DNA from: Acidimicrobiia bacterium
GTDB lineage: Bacteria; Actinomycetota; Acidimicrobiia; IMCC26256; JAENVU01
Assembly: GCA_046598395.1 (NCBI GenBank)
Contig: JBKJIQ010000047.1
Location: forward strand, 7,290 to 71,289
Direction of reading: 5' to 3'
Length of the DNA: 64,000 nt
Part shown: piece after piece, positions 36,441 through 46,391 of the stretch
How positions within the stretch are numbered: position 1 is the stretch's first letter
Layout of the letters: each line of letters opens with the position of its first letter
Position numbers and translations under genes: made by a program
The notes under the pieces: model-generated
The model's database searches: none
What the model was told of the DNA's origin: nothing
Seen by the model: the letters and a program-made list of their open reading frames with translations, nothing else

Positions 36441-37724
36441 ATGCAGATCAACGACATGATCATCGTGAGCGTGGACGACCATGTGGTGGAACCGCCCAAT
36501 ATGTTCGACGCACACCTCCCCGCGAAGTACCGAGACATTGCTCCGAAACTCGTACACAAAGCCGACGGCACCGACGTATGGCGGTTCGGCGCGATCGAAG
36601 TGCCCAACATCGGCCTGAACGCAGTCGCGGGACGACCGAAAGAGGAATACGGAATCGAACCGACCAGCTTCGGCGAGATTCGTCCGGGCTGTTACGACGT
36701 CGAGAAGCGCATCCTCGACATGAATGCCAACGGCACCCTCGGCTCGATGAACTTCCCGAGCCTCCCGGGTTTCGCAGGCCGCCTCTTTGCCACCCTCGAT
36801 GACAAAGACGCAGCCTGCGCTCTCGCTCGCGCCTACAACGATTGGCACATCGATGAATGGTGCGGCCATGCGCCGGAGCGATTCATTCCTCTCGCGATTC
36901 CCATGATCTGGGATCCGGACGCACTCGCGGATGAGGTACGACGAGTTGCGAATAAAGGGTGCCACGCGATCACGTTCCCGGAGAATCCCGAACCGTTGAA
37001 CCGTCCGAGCCTGCACTCGGACTACTGGGATCCGTTCTGGCAAGCCTGCTCCGATGTCGGCACCGTGGTGTGTATGCACATCGGTTCGTCAGGCAAGCTT
37101 GTCATGACATCGGTCGATGCCCCGATTGACGTGCTGATCACGCTGCAGCCAATGAACATTGTGCAATGCGCGGCTGACCTCATCCACTCGCCGGTATTCA
37201 AGAAGTTCCCCGACGTCACCGTTGCGCTCTCCGAGGGAGGCATCGGTTGGATTCCATACTTCCTCGAGCGCCTCGACCACTCCTATCGGATCCACAAGGC
37301 ATGGACCGGCTCCGACTTTGGTCATCAGATGCCGAGCGAAGTGTTCATGGAACACGTGATCCTCTGCTACATCAACGACGCGGTGGGCGTGAAACTGGCG
37401 CGCGATATCGGCGTCGATCGCATCGCAGTTGAGGTCGACTATCCGCACTCCGATGCGAACTGGCCCGAGGCCCCCGAGACCCTCGCTTCCGAGTTTGCGG
37501 CTACGGATCTCGACGACGGCGAGGTCAATGCCATGACCCACGAAAATGCCATGCGGTTCTTTCAATACGATCCGTTCTCGGTCCGTCCACGTGAGCGCTG
37601 CACTGTTGGAGCGTTGCGGTCCGAGGCCGTCGGCTGGGACGTTGCGCCACACGCGACGGCACGGCGTCCACTCGTCGAACGGGTGGGGCCGGTCAAGATC
37701 GTCGACCTCTCGCCCACCGCGTAA
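36441..37724 (+). CDS. Amidohydrolase_2 family protein
   Basis: SVDDHVVEP, YNDWHIDEWC, MHIGS, LSEGGIGWIP and DYPHSD motifs. Confidence 0.9.
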   Translation: MQINDMIIVSVDDHVVEPPNMFDAHLPAKYRDIAPKLVHKADGTDVWRFGAIEVPNIGLNAVAGRPKEEYGIEPTSFGEIRPGCYDVEKRILDMNANGTLGSMNFPSLPGFAGRLFATLDDKDAACALARAYNDWHIDEWCGHAPERFIPLAIPMIWDPDALADEVRRVANKGCHAITFPENPEPLNRPSLHSDYWDPFWQACSDVGTVVCMHIGSSGKLVMTSVDAPIDVLITLQPMNIVQCAADLIHSPVFKKFPDVTVALSEGGIGWIPYFLERLDHSYRIHKAWTGSDFGHQMPSEVFMEHVILCYINDAVGVKLARDIGVDRIAVEVDYPHSDANWPEAPETLASEFAATDLDDGEVNAMTHENAMRFFQYDPFSVRPRERCTVGALRSEAVGWDVAPHATARRPLVERVGPVKIVDLSPTA

Positions 37725-37758
37725 TCACATCCTGACTCCAGACCGCCGGTCTCGAACC

Positions 37759-38526
37759 ATGACCGATCGCACCTCGGACGCCGAGCGCACGAACCGTGAT
37801 TTCTGGGATGCCGATGCCGACGACTACCAAGCAGCGCATCGCGAACAGCTCGATCGGACTGGCCGCTGGGGCGTATGGGGAATCCCCGAGTCCGAGCTGA
37901 GCGCGATCGGTGACGTCTCCGGGCTCGATGTCTTGGAACTCGGTTGCGGCGGCGCGCAGCACACAATTGGAGTCGCGATGGCTGCTCGCCGCCGGGTCGG
38001 TCTCGACGTGTCGGTGCACCAGCTCCGGCACGCAGGTCGCAACCTGGCCGCGGCCGAACTGCCCACGGCGCTCACCTGCGCGAGTGCCACCGCGACACCG
38101 TTCCGGGCCGAGAGCTTCGATGTCGTCTTCTGCGACCACGGAGCCATGAGCTTCTGTGACCCGTCGGCGACGGTCCCCGAGGTCGCTCGGGTGTTACGCC
38201 CCGGCGGTCTCCTCGTGTTCAACGCGTCCACGCTGTTCCGGAACCTGTGCTTCCCCACCGATGATCCCGACGCACGGATCACGCGGACGCTGCAAAGCCC
38301 ATACTTCGGAGCCCGCATGTTCGACTGGGGTGACGGCACGATCGACTTCCAGATTCCTCATGGGGAATGGATCGCACTCTTTGGGGCACATGGATTGAGG
38401 GTCGAAGCCCTGATCGAGATCCGGCCACCGAAGGACGCAGCCACCAGCTACCCCGACTACACCGATCTCGACTGGGCCCGACGGTGGCCCGCCGAAGAAA
38501 TCTGGCGCGTTCGCAAGCAACTCTGA
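37759..38526 (+). CDS. Class I SAM-dependent methyltransferase
   Basis: VLELGCGGA, PFRAESFDVV and RVLRPGG motifs. Confidence 0.9.
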   Translation: MTDRTSDAERTNRDFWDADADDYQAAHREQLDRTGRWGVWGIPESELSAIGDVSGLDVLELGCGGAQHTIGVAMAARRRVGLDVSVHQLRHAGRNLAAAELPTALTCASATATPFRAESFDVVFCDHGAMSFCDPSATVPEVARVLRPGGLLVFNASTLFRNLCFPTDDPDARITRTLQSPYFGARMFDWGDGTIDFQIPHGEWIALFGAHGLRVEALIEIRPPKDAATSYPDYTDLDWARRWPAEEIWRVRKQL

Positions 38527-38536
38527 ACGACGCCGG

Positions 38537-40135
38537 TCAGCGGTCGAAGTTCACACCGGCCACTTCACGGTCCCAGGTTGACGCGGTCGCGCCGTCGGCG
38601 CGAAGTTCGTATTTCAACACCCGGCCCACCGGGTTACGGGGCAGGTCTGAGCGGAACTCGATGTAGCGCGGAATCGCGAAGTACGGAACCCGTTCCGCGC
38701 ACCACCGACAGAAGTCCTCCTCGGAAAGCACCGCGCCGACCACCAGCACAGCAGTGATCTTCACGTCGTCTTCGCCGTGCTCGCTCGCCACGGCGTGCAC
38801 GGCGACATCCGCGATGGACTCGTGCGCGATGACCGTGCGTTCAATCTCGAAACTCGAGATGTTCTCACCCCGCCGCCGGAGGTAGTCCTTCTTGCGGTCG
38901 ACGAAGAACAGGAAGCCGTCCTCATCGATCCGACCGAGGTCGCCGGTATGGAACCAGAGATTTCGCAACACCTCGACCGTTGCCTCCGGTCGCTGCCAGT
39001 AACCCGCGAACATGAGATTCGGTCCGGTCGGCCGACACACGATCTCACCGATCGCGTCATGGGCCACGGGCTGATCGTTGCCATCCACAATCTTGACTTC
39101 GAACTCGTGCGTATTCGGCCGTCCCGCCGCACCGACCTTGTTGCTCTCGCCCACAGGAAGCATCGAGATGAGCGACGCCTCCGTGAGTCCGTAGCCCCCA
39201 CTGAACGTCGCGCAGCCAAACCGCTGCCGCCAGATCCGATCGGTATCGGGCGGTATCGGCGCCGCGGCACAGAGACGAAGCCGGTGCCCGGCCGATTCCG
39301 GGTGGTCATCGGCGTTCGCAATGAGAATCGCCAGCGAGCCCAACATCGACAGCATCGTCGCACCGGTCCGCTGTACCTCCGGCCAGAACCGACTGACCGA
39401 GAACTTGCGCACGATCGCCGCACGCCCACCGGTGAGCAAGGTCCCGACCACGCACACCGAGATGGCATTGAAATGGAACAGCGGAAGCGGTGTCAGGACC
39501 ACGTCATCGGCGGTGCGCCCCCAGGCCCGGGCGATTTGCTCGGCCAACGAAACCACGTATTGGTGCGGGAGCATGCAACCCTTGGACGCGCCCGTGGTTC
39601 CGGCGGTATAGATGAAACACGCAAGGTCGGCCGGTCCAACCTGCACGACAGGTAGGGCATCGTCTCGAGCCTCGGCGAGCAGATGACTCCACGCATAGGC
39701 CGATACCGAACCGGACCACGCCACCATTTCTCCCACCACGATGACTGCGGCGAGTTTCGGAACTGTCGAGCCGACAACCGCCGCGGCCCGCTCCGCCAAT
39801 CCACTCTGCACCACCACGATGGCGGCGCCGGAGTCGGCCAGAACGTGGCGGAGGAAATCTCCTTTGTATGCAGTGTTGATCGGTACGTGTATCGCGCCCA
39901 GTTTGAGGGTTGCAAAGAACGCGATGACTTGTTCGGGCGAGTTTTCCAGCAACGTCGCGACGCGGTCTCCCTGCGTGACGCCAAGGGCGGCCAATGCATG
40001 CGCGATCCGATTCGCAGCAACATCGATACTGCGAGCGGTGTGGGTGAGACCGTCGAAGTCGAGGTACGGGCCGTCCGGGTCGGAACCCAACCGGGCTGCG
40101 AGTGCCGCCAGCACGGTGTCCGGTCCATTCGTCAC
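38537..40135 (-). CDS. ATP-dependent acyl-CoA ligase (CaiC-like)
   Basis: YTAGTTGASKG, YGLTE, WFHTGDLG and RRRGENISSFEIE motifs. Confidence 0.92.
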   Translation of the reverse strand: MTNGPDTVLAALAARLGSDPDGPYLDFDGLTHTARSIDVAANRIAHALAALGVTQGDRVATLLENSPEQVIAFFATLKLGAIHVPINTAYKGDFLRHVLADSGAAIVVVQSGLAERAAAVVGSTVPKLAAVIVVGEMVAWSGSVSAYAWSHLLAEARDDALPVVQVGPADLACFIYTAGTTGASKGCMLPHQYVVSLAEQIARAWGRTADDVVLTPLPLFHFNAISVCVVGTLLTGGRAAIVRKFSVSRFWPEVQRTGATMLSMLGSLAILIANADDHPESAGHRLRLCAAAPIPPDTDRIWRQRFGCATFSGGYGLTEASLISMLPVGESNKVGAAGRPNTHEFEVKIVDGNDQPVAHDAIGEIVCRPTGPNLMFAGYWQRPEATVEVLRNLWFHTGDLGRIDEDGFLFFVDRKKDYLRRRGENISSFEIERTVIAHESIADVAVHAVASEHGEDDVKITAVLVVGAVLSEEDFCRWCAERVPYFAIPRYIEFRSDLPRNPVGRVLKYELRADGATASTWDREVAGVNFDR

Positions 40136-40221
40136 CCGGCCGAGCGTAGCGGCGGCCCGGTGGGCGCCGTGGCGGAGCACTGGTGCCGGACGTCCTGGGG
40201 AGCCAAGATATCCGCCGACCT

Positions 40222-42729
40222 ATGACGGTGAACGCTCCGACTCCCAACGAACCGACAGCATCGCCATCGCCGGACCTCACCGACGCCGACTCATTCCGGC
40301 TCGTCTTCGAGCATTCGCCGGTCGGCGTGGCGATTGGACGTCCCGGCGGCGAGATCGTGTACGTCAACGAAACCATGTGCCGACTACTCGGATCTCCTCG
40401 CGATGAGATCACGGTCAGCACCTTCATCAATGCCGCCCACCCTGACCACAAGTTACGAGTCCGAGTTCGGCTCGCATCCCTGCAGTCCGGGGAGTTCCAG
40501 ACCTTCGTCAGGGAGACCCGGTTTCAACACGCAGACGGAACGGTGGTGAGTGCCCGCTTCCACGTGAGCGCATCCCGGAATCCCGACGGCTCGATCGTCT
40601 ACCTCGTCGCCCACGCCGAAGACATCACCGAGAGTCGGCGAACCGAGGAAGCGCTCGCGCTCAGCGAGGACCGATTTCGTGCGGCCAGCGAAGCGAGCCT
40701 TGATTCGCTCGTCATGATGGACGCCGTGCGCGATGACGCCGGAACGATCGTCGACTTCACAATCACGGTCGCCAATGAGAACGCGGCCAAGCTCTTCGGC
40801 CTGCCCGTCGCGGACCTGCTGGGGAAACGGGTCACCCGTCATTTCCCCCCAGCCCACAAGGACGCACTCCTCAAGAAGTACGTCGACGTTGTCGAGTCGG
40901 GCGAACCGGTCAATGCCGAATACCCCGCGGCACACCCTCGCGTTCAGGCGACCTGGATCAGAGAGCAAATCGTCAAGGTCGACGACGGTGTTGCGATGAC
41001 GTCGAGCGATATCTCGGACCAGAAGAACGCCGAGTTGACCGTCCGCGAGAGCGAGGAGCGCTATCGGGCACTCTTGCTCCATGCCATCGATGTGGTCTGC
41101 ATCATCGATCCGGGCGGCTTCATCCGATACACCAGTCCGGCGGTCGAACGGGTACTCGGGTACAACCCTGAGGAGTTCTGTCAGCTGCATCCGTTCGACC
41201 TGGTGCATCCCACCGATCTCGACTCCTGGCTGGAGCAATGGCGCAATTTGGAAGGGCGGCTCGACGCACGGTTCACCGCCGAAGTACGCGCCCGGCACCG
41301 CGACGGTGGCTACCGCTGGTTCGAGGTCAGCTTGCGTGATCTTCGCCACGACGATCGCATCAACGGATTCGTTGTCCACTTCTACGACGTCGGCGATCGC
41401 CGGGAGGCCCAAGAAGCGCTCGTCCATCAGACCCTGCACGACGGGCTCACCGGACTTCCCAACCGTGCGCTCCTGCTCGACCGCCTCGGCCATGCCCTCG
41501 ATCGGTCCCTCCGGCGTGAGCACAGTGCGGCGTTGCTATTTCTCGACGTCGATCACTTCAAGGCAGTCAATGACGCACTCGGTCACGCAACGGGCGACGC
41601 GCTCCTGCGTGAGGTCGCATCGCGGCTCCGCTCCACGATGCGCCCCGAGGACACCGTCGCACGCCTGGGGGGTGACGAATTCGTCATCTGCTGCGAAGAG
41701 ATCGACGACGTCACTGGCGCAATCGCAATGGCCGACCGTATTCGCGAGGTCTTCGCCGAACCGTTCCACCCGGACGGCCACGAGTTGACCGTCGGCACCA
41801 GCATCGGAGTCGCACTGGCCACCAGCACCACCGAAGGCCCCGAAGCCCTGCTGCGCGATGCCGACGCCGCGATGTACGTCGCGAAGGCCCGAGGTCGAGA
41901 CCGCTATGTGGTGTACGACGACGCGCTCCGGCGCCGAGTTCTGAACCACCTCGACACCGAAGCTGGGTTGCGCGAGGCGCTCACCAACGGCGACCTCGTG
42001 GTTCATTGGCAACCCGTGTTCGACCTGACCACCGACCACATCGTTGGCATGGAGGCCTTGGTCCGGTGGCAACACGCAGAACGCGGGCTCCTCCTCCCCG
42101 CCGACTTCCTGGGCGCGGCCATGATCGCGGGGCTTGACGCTCCGCTCGGCGGGTTTGTTCTCGAAACTGCGTGCGGTGTGCTCAGCGAGTGGGAGAGTGC
42201 CGGGATCGCCCCTCCCATCATTTGGCTCAACCTGAGCACCAGCCAGCTCACGTGGTCGGGAACCGTCGACCGCGTCCGAGCATCGCTGCGCGCCAACGGG
42301 ATCGAACCCCATCGAATTGGATTCGACGTTGCGGAGCAGGCAATCGCCGAGATCGACCGCGCTCGCCGCGCCAGTGCAGAGCTGGCCGGGCTCCGTGATC
42401 TCGGATGCGCGATTGCCATCGACGACTTCGGCACCGGACACGCGTCTCCCCTCGCAGTGCGCCGCTACGGGATCACCCACGTGAAGCTCGACCGATCCCT
42501 CGTCCAAACCGCATCGGACAATGACCCCATGCTCCCTGCGTTGTTGAGCCTCGCCCGCATGCTCGGTGTCGAGGTTCTCGCGGAAGGAGTCGAGACGGCC
42601 GAGCAGCTCGATCGGGTACGCCACGCCGGCTGCCAAGCTGCGACCGGCAACTTCTTGGCGCCGGCCGCGTCCACGACCGATACCACCGCACTGCTCCGCC
42701 GCCATGCCGAGATGCTTCGCTCCGAGTGA
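40222..42729 (+). CDS. Three-PAS GGDEF-EAL c-di-GMP signalling protein
   Basis: Three PAS/PAC repeats, HDGLTGLPNR, RLGGDEF with RxxD I-site, MEALVRW, DDFGTG and EGVE motifs. Confidence 0.93.
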   Translation: MTVNAPTPNEPTASPSPDLTDADSFRLVFEHSPVGVAIGRPGGEIVYVNETMCRLLGSPRDEITVSTFINAAHPDHKLRVRVRLASLQSGEFQTFVRETRFQHADGTVVSARFHVSASRNPDGSIVYLVAHAEDITESRRTEEALALSEDRFRAASEASLDSLVMMDAVRDDAGTIVDFTITVANENAAKLFGLPVADLLGKRVTRHFPPAHKDALLKKYVDVVESGEPVNAEYPAAHPRVQATWIREQIVKVDDGVAMTSSDISDQKNAELTVRESEERYRALLLHAIDVVCIIDPGGFIRYTSPAVERVLGYNPEEFCQLHPFDLVHPTDLDSWLEQWRNLEGRLDARFTAEVRARHRDGGYRWFEVSLRDLRHDDRINGFVVHFYDVGDRREAQEALVHQTLHDGLTGLPNRALLLDRLGHALDRSLRREHSAALLFLDVDHFKAVNDALGHATGDALLREVASRLRSTMRPEDTVARLGGDEFVICCEEIDDVTGAIAMADRIREVFAEPFHPDGHELTVGTSIGVALATSTTEGPEALLRDADAAMYVAKARGRDRYVVYDDALRRRVLNHLDTEAGLREALTNGDLVVHWQPVFDLTTDHIVGMEALVRWQHAERGLLLPADFLGAAMIAGLDAPLGGFVLETACGVLSEWESAGIAPPIIWLNLSTSQLTWSGTVDRVRASLRANGIEPHRIGFDVAEQAIAEIDRARRASAELAGLRDLGCAIAIDDFGTGHASPLAVRRYGITHVKLDRSLVQTASDNDPMLPALLSLARMLGVEVLAEGVETAEQLDRVRHAGCQAATGNFLAPAASTTDTTALLRRHAEMLRSE

Positions 42730-42737
42730 ACCGTTCG

Positions 42738-44294
42738 TTACGGACGTACGCCCCGAAGGTCCGGCCTCGGGGGCACTCGAAGCCGGGCCGCGCTCAACTC
42801 GAGCGCGCGGATGAGCTCGTTCCGTAGATCACGGGGATCGATGACGTCGTCGTAACTCATCCGATCCGCGGCGGCGAAGGCGCCGCCAAGATCGCCATGT
42901 TCCATCAGCGCCCGCACATCCGGCTCGATGCCGGCCGCGTCGGCCCCACTTTCCGCCGGCATCGCGCCAAGGCGCGCTCCGGGGAACGCAACCGTGGTGG
43001 TCTGCGTGTCGAACGGGTTCATCGCCATGAGCGACGACCCAAACCCGTAGGCCTTTCGGAGGGTCACGTGAAGTTTCGGGCCGGTGACGCGCGCCTGCGC
43101 GGCGTACATCCGTGCCGCGTGGCGCAGGATTCCGCTTCGCTCGGCCACCGTGCCCGCCATCACGCCGGGATTATCGGCGAGAAACACCACCGGCAGCTGG
43201 AACGCAGCAGCAACCTCGAGGAAGTGCGCGGCTTTGTCGGCGGCGTCACTATCGATCGCGCCGGCTTTTACTGCAGGATTGTTGGCCACTACCGCGACGG
43301 ACACTCCGCCGAGGTACGCGAGCGCGGTGACGACCGAGCGTCCAAAGCCCGGTTGGATCTCGAGCACGCCACCACGATCCGCATCTTCCCCCGAAGCCGA
43401 CGCGATCGGATCTGAACGATCGAAGACCGCTTCGATCACCGGACGGATGTCATAGGGACGGCGTGGATCGGCGGGGATCAGCTCGAGGATCGCGTCGACC
43501 CGACGCGAACCGTCGGTGCCTACTCCCGCCGGAGCGCGCGTCCATGCGTTCGACGGGAAATGGCCGAGATAGGTGCGTACCAGATCGAGCGCGGCCGAGT
43601 CGTCGGCGACAACATTGTGCGCGACGCCGGAAACCGCGGTATGAAGTTCCGCGCCGCCCAATTCCTCTTTCGTCACTTCTTCACCGGTGGCCGCGGCCAC
43701 GAGCGGCGGCCCGGCGCTGAACATCGCCGCACCCTGCACCATCACGGTGAAGTCCATGAGTGGCGCGGTCAAGGCACCATGACCGGCGCTCGCCCCCATG
43801 ACCACGGCAACCGTCGGCACCGCACCGCTGAGGCGAACCAACGCCTGGAGATCATTCGGCGCGTGGGGGTAGCGCTCGAATGCGTTTTGCGCGCGCTCGC
43901 CCGCTCCTTCGAGCAGCATCACCAACGGGACTCGTTCCTGGGCCGCCAGCTCCGCCAGCCGTAACCGCTTGGCATGGGTGCCGATCCCGATCGACCCACC
44001 CATGACCGTGAAGTCTTCGGCTCCGATCAACACCGGTCGGCCGTCGATGGATCCGTGCCCCGCAACCAAACCGTCGGCAGGGGCGATTGGTGTCATCCCG
44101 CGCCCGACACTTCCCGCGTACGCACCCAGCTCACGGAACGTTCCCTCGTCCAGCAGGTACGCAACCCGACCGCGAGCATCGAGCCGTCCCTCGGCCCGCT
44201 GACGCGTCAGGCGTTCCGGTCCGCCCATCGCCTCACTCGCGGCACGGCGGACGGCGAGATCGCCGAGAAGAAGCTCCCAATCAGGATTGGTCAT
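42738..44294 (-). CDS. Acyl-CoA carboxylase carboxyltransferase subunit
   Basis: DFTVMGGSIG, LEGAGER, ELGGAELH, DNPGVMAG and LRKAYG motifs. Confidence 0.9.
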   Translation of the reverse strand: MTNPDWELLLGDLAVRRAASEAMGGPERLTRQRAEGRLDARGRVAYLLDEGTFRELGAYAGSVGRGMTPIAPADGLVAGHGSIDGRPVLIGAEDFTVMGGSIGIGTHAKRLRLAELAAQERVPLVMLLEGAGERAQNAFERYPHAPNDLQALVRLSGAVPTVAVVMGASAGHGALTAPLMDFTVMVQGAAMFSAGPPLVAAATGEEVTKEELGGAELHTAVSGVAHNVVADDSAALDLVRTYLGHFPSNAWTRAPAGVGTDGSRRVDAILELIPADPRRPYDIRPVIEAVFDRSDPIASASGEDADRGGVLEIQPGFGRSVVTALAYLGGVSVAVVANNPAVKAGAIDSDAADKAAHFLEVAAAFQLPVVFLADNPGVMAGTVAERSGILRHAARMYAAQARVTGPKLHVTLRKAYGFGSSLMAMNPFDTQTTTVAFPGARLGAMPAESGADAAGIEPDVRALMEHGDLGGAFAAADRMSYDDVIDPRDLRNELIRALELSAARLRVPPRPDLRGVRP

Positions 44295-44310
44295 CAGGTC
44301 GACGCATCAC

Positions 44311-45219
44311 TCATGTCGGCATCGTGGCGGCCACGGCGTCGGCGTGGTGATCCCCCGCGCCGAAATGGGTGTCGAGCACCCACGCGCGCTTCAGGAACAA
44401 ATGCACATCCACCTCCCACGTGAAGCCCATGCCGCCGTAAACCTGGGTGGCGCTCCGTCCGTTCAACACTGCGGCTTCACCGGCGAGCAACTTCGCACCA
44501 CTCACCGCTCGCACCGCATCACCCGTCGCCGGATCATCCAACACACACGCAGCCGCGTGAGTCGAGACTCTCGCCAACTCGGCCCGGACTGCCATATCGG
44601 CGCAGATGTGTTTGACGGCTTGGAACGATCCAATCGGGCGCTCGAACTGTTGGCGTTCTAACGCATAAGCCACCGACATTTCGGTGAGGCGGTCGGCCAT
44701 TCCCACACAGAATGCCGCGGTCAGCAGCGCGCCGTGCAGCCGCACCTCATCAACGCCCACCGGATGGGGCGCGCCAGCCGCACTCTCGATGCCATCGACG
44801 ACCGAAACCGGCGACAACGGATCGAGGGGCCAGTCCTGGTTGACTCCGGTGAGCGATGCGGCCGCCACCACCGAAGCTTGATCGGAACCGAGCACGATGA
44901 GTTCGTCGAGCGCGTCGAAATGCTCGACGAGCGCCGCGCCGCCGATCGTGGTGTCGAAGCCACCCGCGATGAGATCGCGGCCGAAGCACCACACCAGAGG
45001 TCCAGGCACGACGCCCCGACCCAGTTCCTCGTACACAACTGCACAATCCGCCCACGAGAAGCCGTCGGTACGCAGTGAAAAGACACCGGCCTCGGCGAGC
45101 TCCGCGTGCACCTTGCGGCTGAACCCTTCGCGCACGCGTTTGATGGGGAAGCGACCTTCGACCACGGCCCGCATGCCATCGCGCAGTGCGATCTGATCGT
45201 CGGTCAGATCAAAGTTCAT
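44311..45219 (-). CDS. Acyl-CoA dehydrogenase, short beta-type subunit
   Basis: RQQFERPIGSFQAVKH and YGGMGFTWEVDVH; reduced N-terminal half; ATGA-coupled to the alpha subunit. Confidence 0.88.
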   Translation of the reverse strand: MNFDLTDDQIALRDGMRAVVEGRFPIKRVREGFSRKVHAELAEAGVFSLRTDGFSWADCAVVYEELGRGVVPGPLVWCFGRDLIAGGFDTTIGGAALVEHFDALDELIVLGSDQASVVAAASLTGVNQDWPLDPLSPVSVVDGIESAAGAPHPVGVDEVRLHGALLTAAFCVGMADRLTEMSVAYALERQQFERPIGSFQAVKHICADMAVRAELARVSTHAAACVLDDPATGDAVRAVSGAKLLAGEAAVLNGRSATQVYGGMGFTWEVDVHLFLKRAWVLDTHFGAGDHHADAVAATMPT

Positions 45220-46355
45220 CTCGGCTCCCGTGGCATTCCCAAGACGCGTTCGCTGAGAATGTTGCGCTGAATCTGTGAAGTACCTGCCGCGATCGTGAAC
45301 GCCAACGAACGGAGACGCTCCTCGACGAAGGGACCTTCGCCGTCGACCGACAGTGCGTTGCGTTCGAGGACCCGCAGCGACAGTTCGCCGAGTTTCTGAC
45401 ACACCTCGCTGTATGCCAACTTGATCATGTACTGCCCGCGGCCGGCTGTCCCACGAGTGGATTGGGTCACGTTGCGTTTGGTCAGCATCCAAATCGCGTC
45501 GAGCTCGGCCGCGATGTGCCCGAGTTCGCGCCGGTGGGCTGGATCGGTGACGTAGGGCGCAAGATCTTCGACCAGGCGGGTGGCGTCCACGAGGTCACTG
45601 ACGAACGCGGTGCCACGTTCGAACGCCAGCGTCACGTTCGTGACCCGCCAGCCGTCATTCTCGGCGCCGATACGACATTCGACTGGCACGCGCACTTCGT
45701 CGAGAAAGAGTTCGGCAAACTCGCTGGAGCCCAGGACCGTCTTGAGCGGTCGCACTTCGATTCCCGGCAGATCCATCGGGAGCATGAGCCAGGTGATTCC
45801 CTTGTGCTTGGGCGCGTCTGGGTCGGTTCGCACCAAGAGCTCACCGAAGTCACCGATCTGCCCATAAGAGCACCAGATCTTTTGACCGGTGACCACGTAG
45901 TGGTCGCCGTCGCGTACCGCCTTCGTGCGCAGCGACGCCAAGTCCGATCCCGCGCCGGGCTCCGAGAATCCTTGACACCACACCTCGTCGCCCCGCAGGA
46001 TCTTCGGCAGGTGTTCTGCCTTCTGTTCCGATGTTCCCTCGGCCACGATCGTGGGCCCGGCGTGGAGCAGGCCAACGAAGTTCACGCCCACATACGGCGC
46101 CCGAGCGCGAGTGGTTTCTTCGAGAAATACCAACTGCTGGCTCGGCGCGCCATCCTGGCCACCGTATTCCTTTGGCCAGTTCAGACCGGCGTACCCGGCA
46201 TCAAACAGCCGTCGTTGCCAGTCGGTGTCCCACACTCGCCGCGCGTCCCAGTCGTCTCGGGTCGGTTGGGGCGCGAGATCGGGAAGCACTCCCGCTAACC
46301 ACGCTCGCAAGTTCGTCCGAAACGCTTCGTCAACGTCAGAGAAGCGCAGGTCCAT
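45216..46355 (-). CDS. Acyl-CoA dehydrogenase, alpha-type subunit
   Basis: WCQGFSEPGAGSDLASL, GQKIW and TIAAGTSQIQRNI motifs. Confidence 0.92.
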   Translation of the reverse strand: MDLRFSDVDEAFRTNLRAWLAGVLPDLAPQPTRDDWDARRVWDTDWQRRLFDAGYAGLNWPKEYGGQDGAPSQQLVFLEETTRARAPYVGVNFVGLLHAGPTIVAEGTSEQKAEHLPKILRGDEVWCQGFSEPGAGSDLASLRTKAVRDGDHYVVTGQKIWCSYGQIGDFGELLVRTDPDAPKHKGITWLMLPMDLPGIEVRPLKTVLGSSEFAELFLDEVRVPVECRIGAENDGWRVTNVTLAFERGTAFVSDLVDATRLVEDLAPYVTDPAHRRELGHIAAELDAIWMLTKRNVTQSTRGTAGRGQYMIKLAYSEVCQKLGELSLRVLERNALSVDGEGPFVEERLRSLAFTIAAGTSQIQRNILSERVLGMPREPR

Positions 46356-46391
46356 AGCCAGCGAAGTTTAGGGCTCGATGCCGATCAGACT

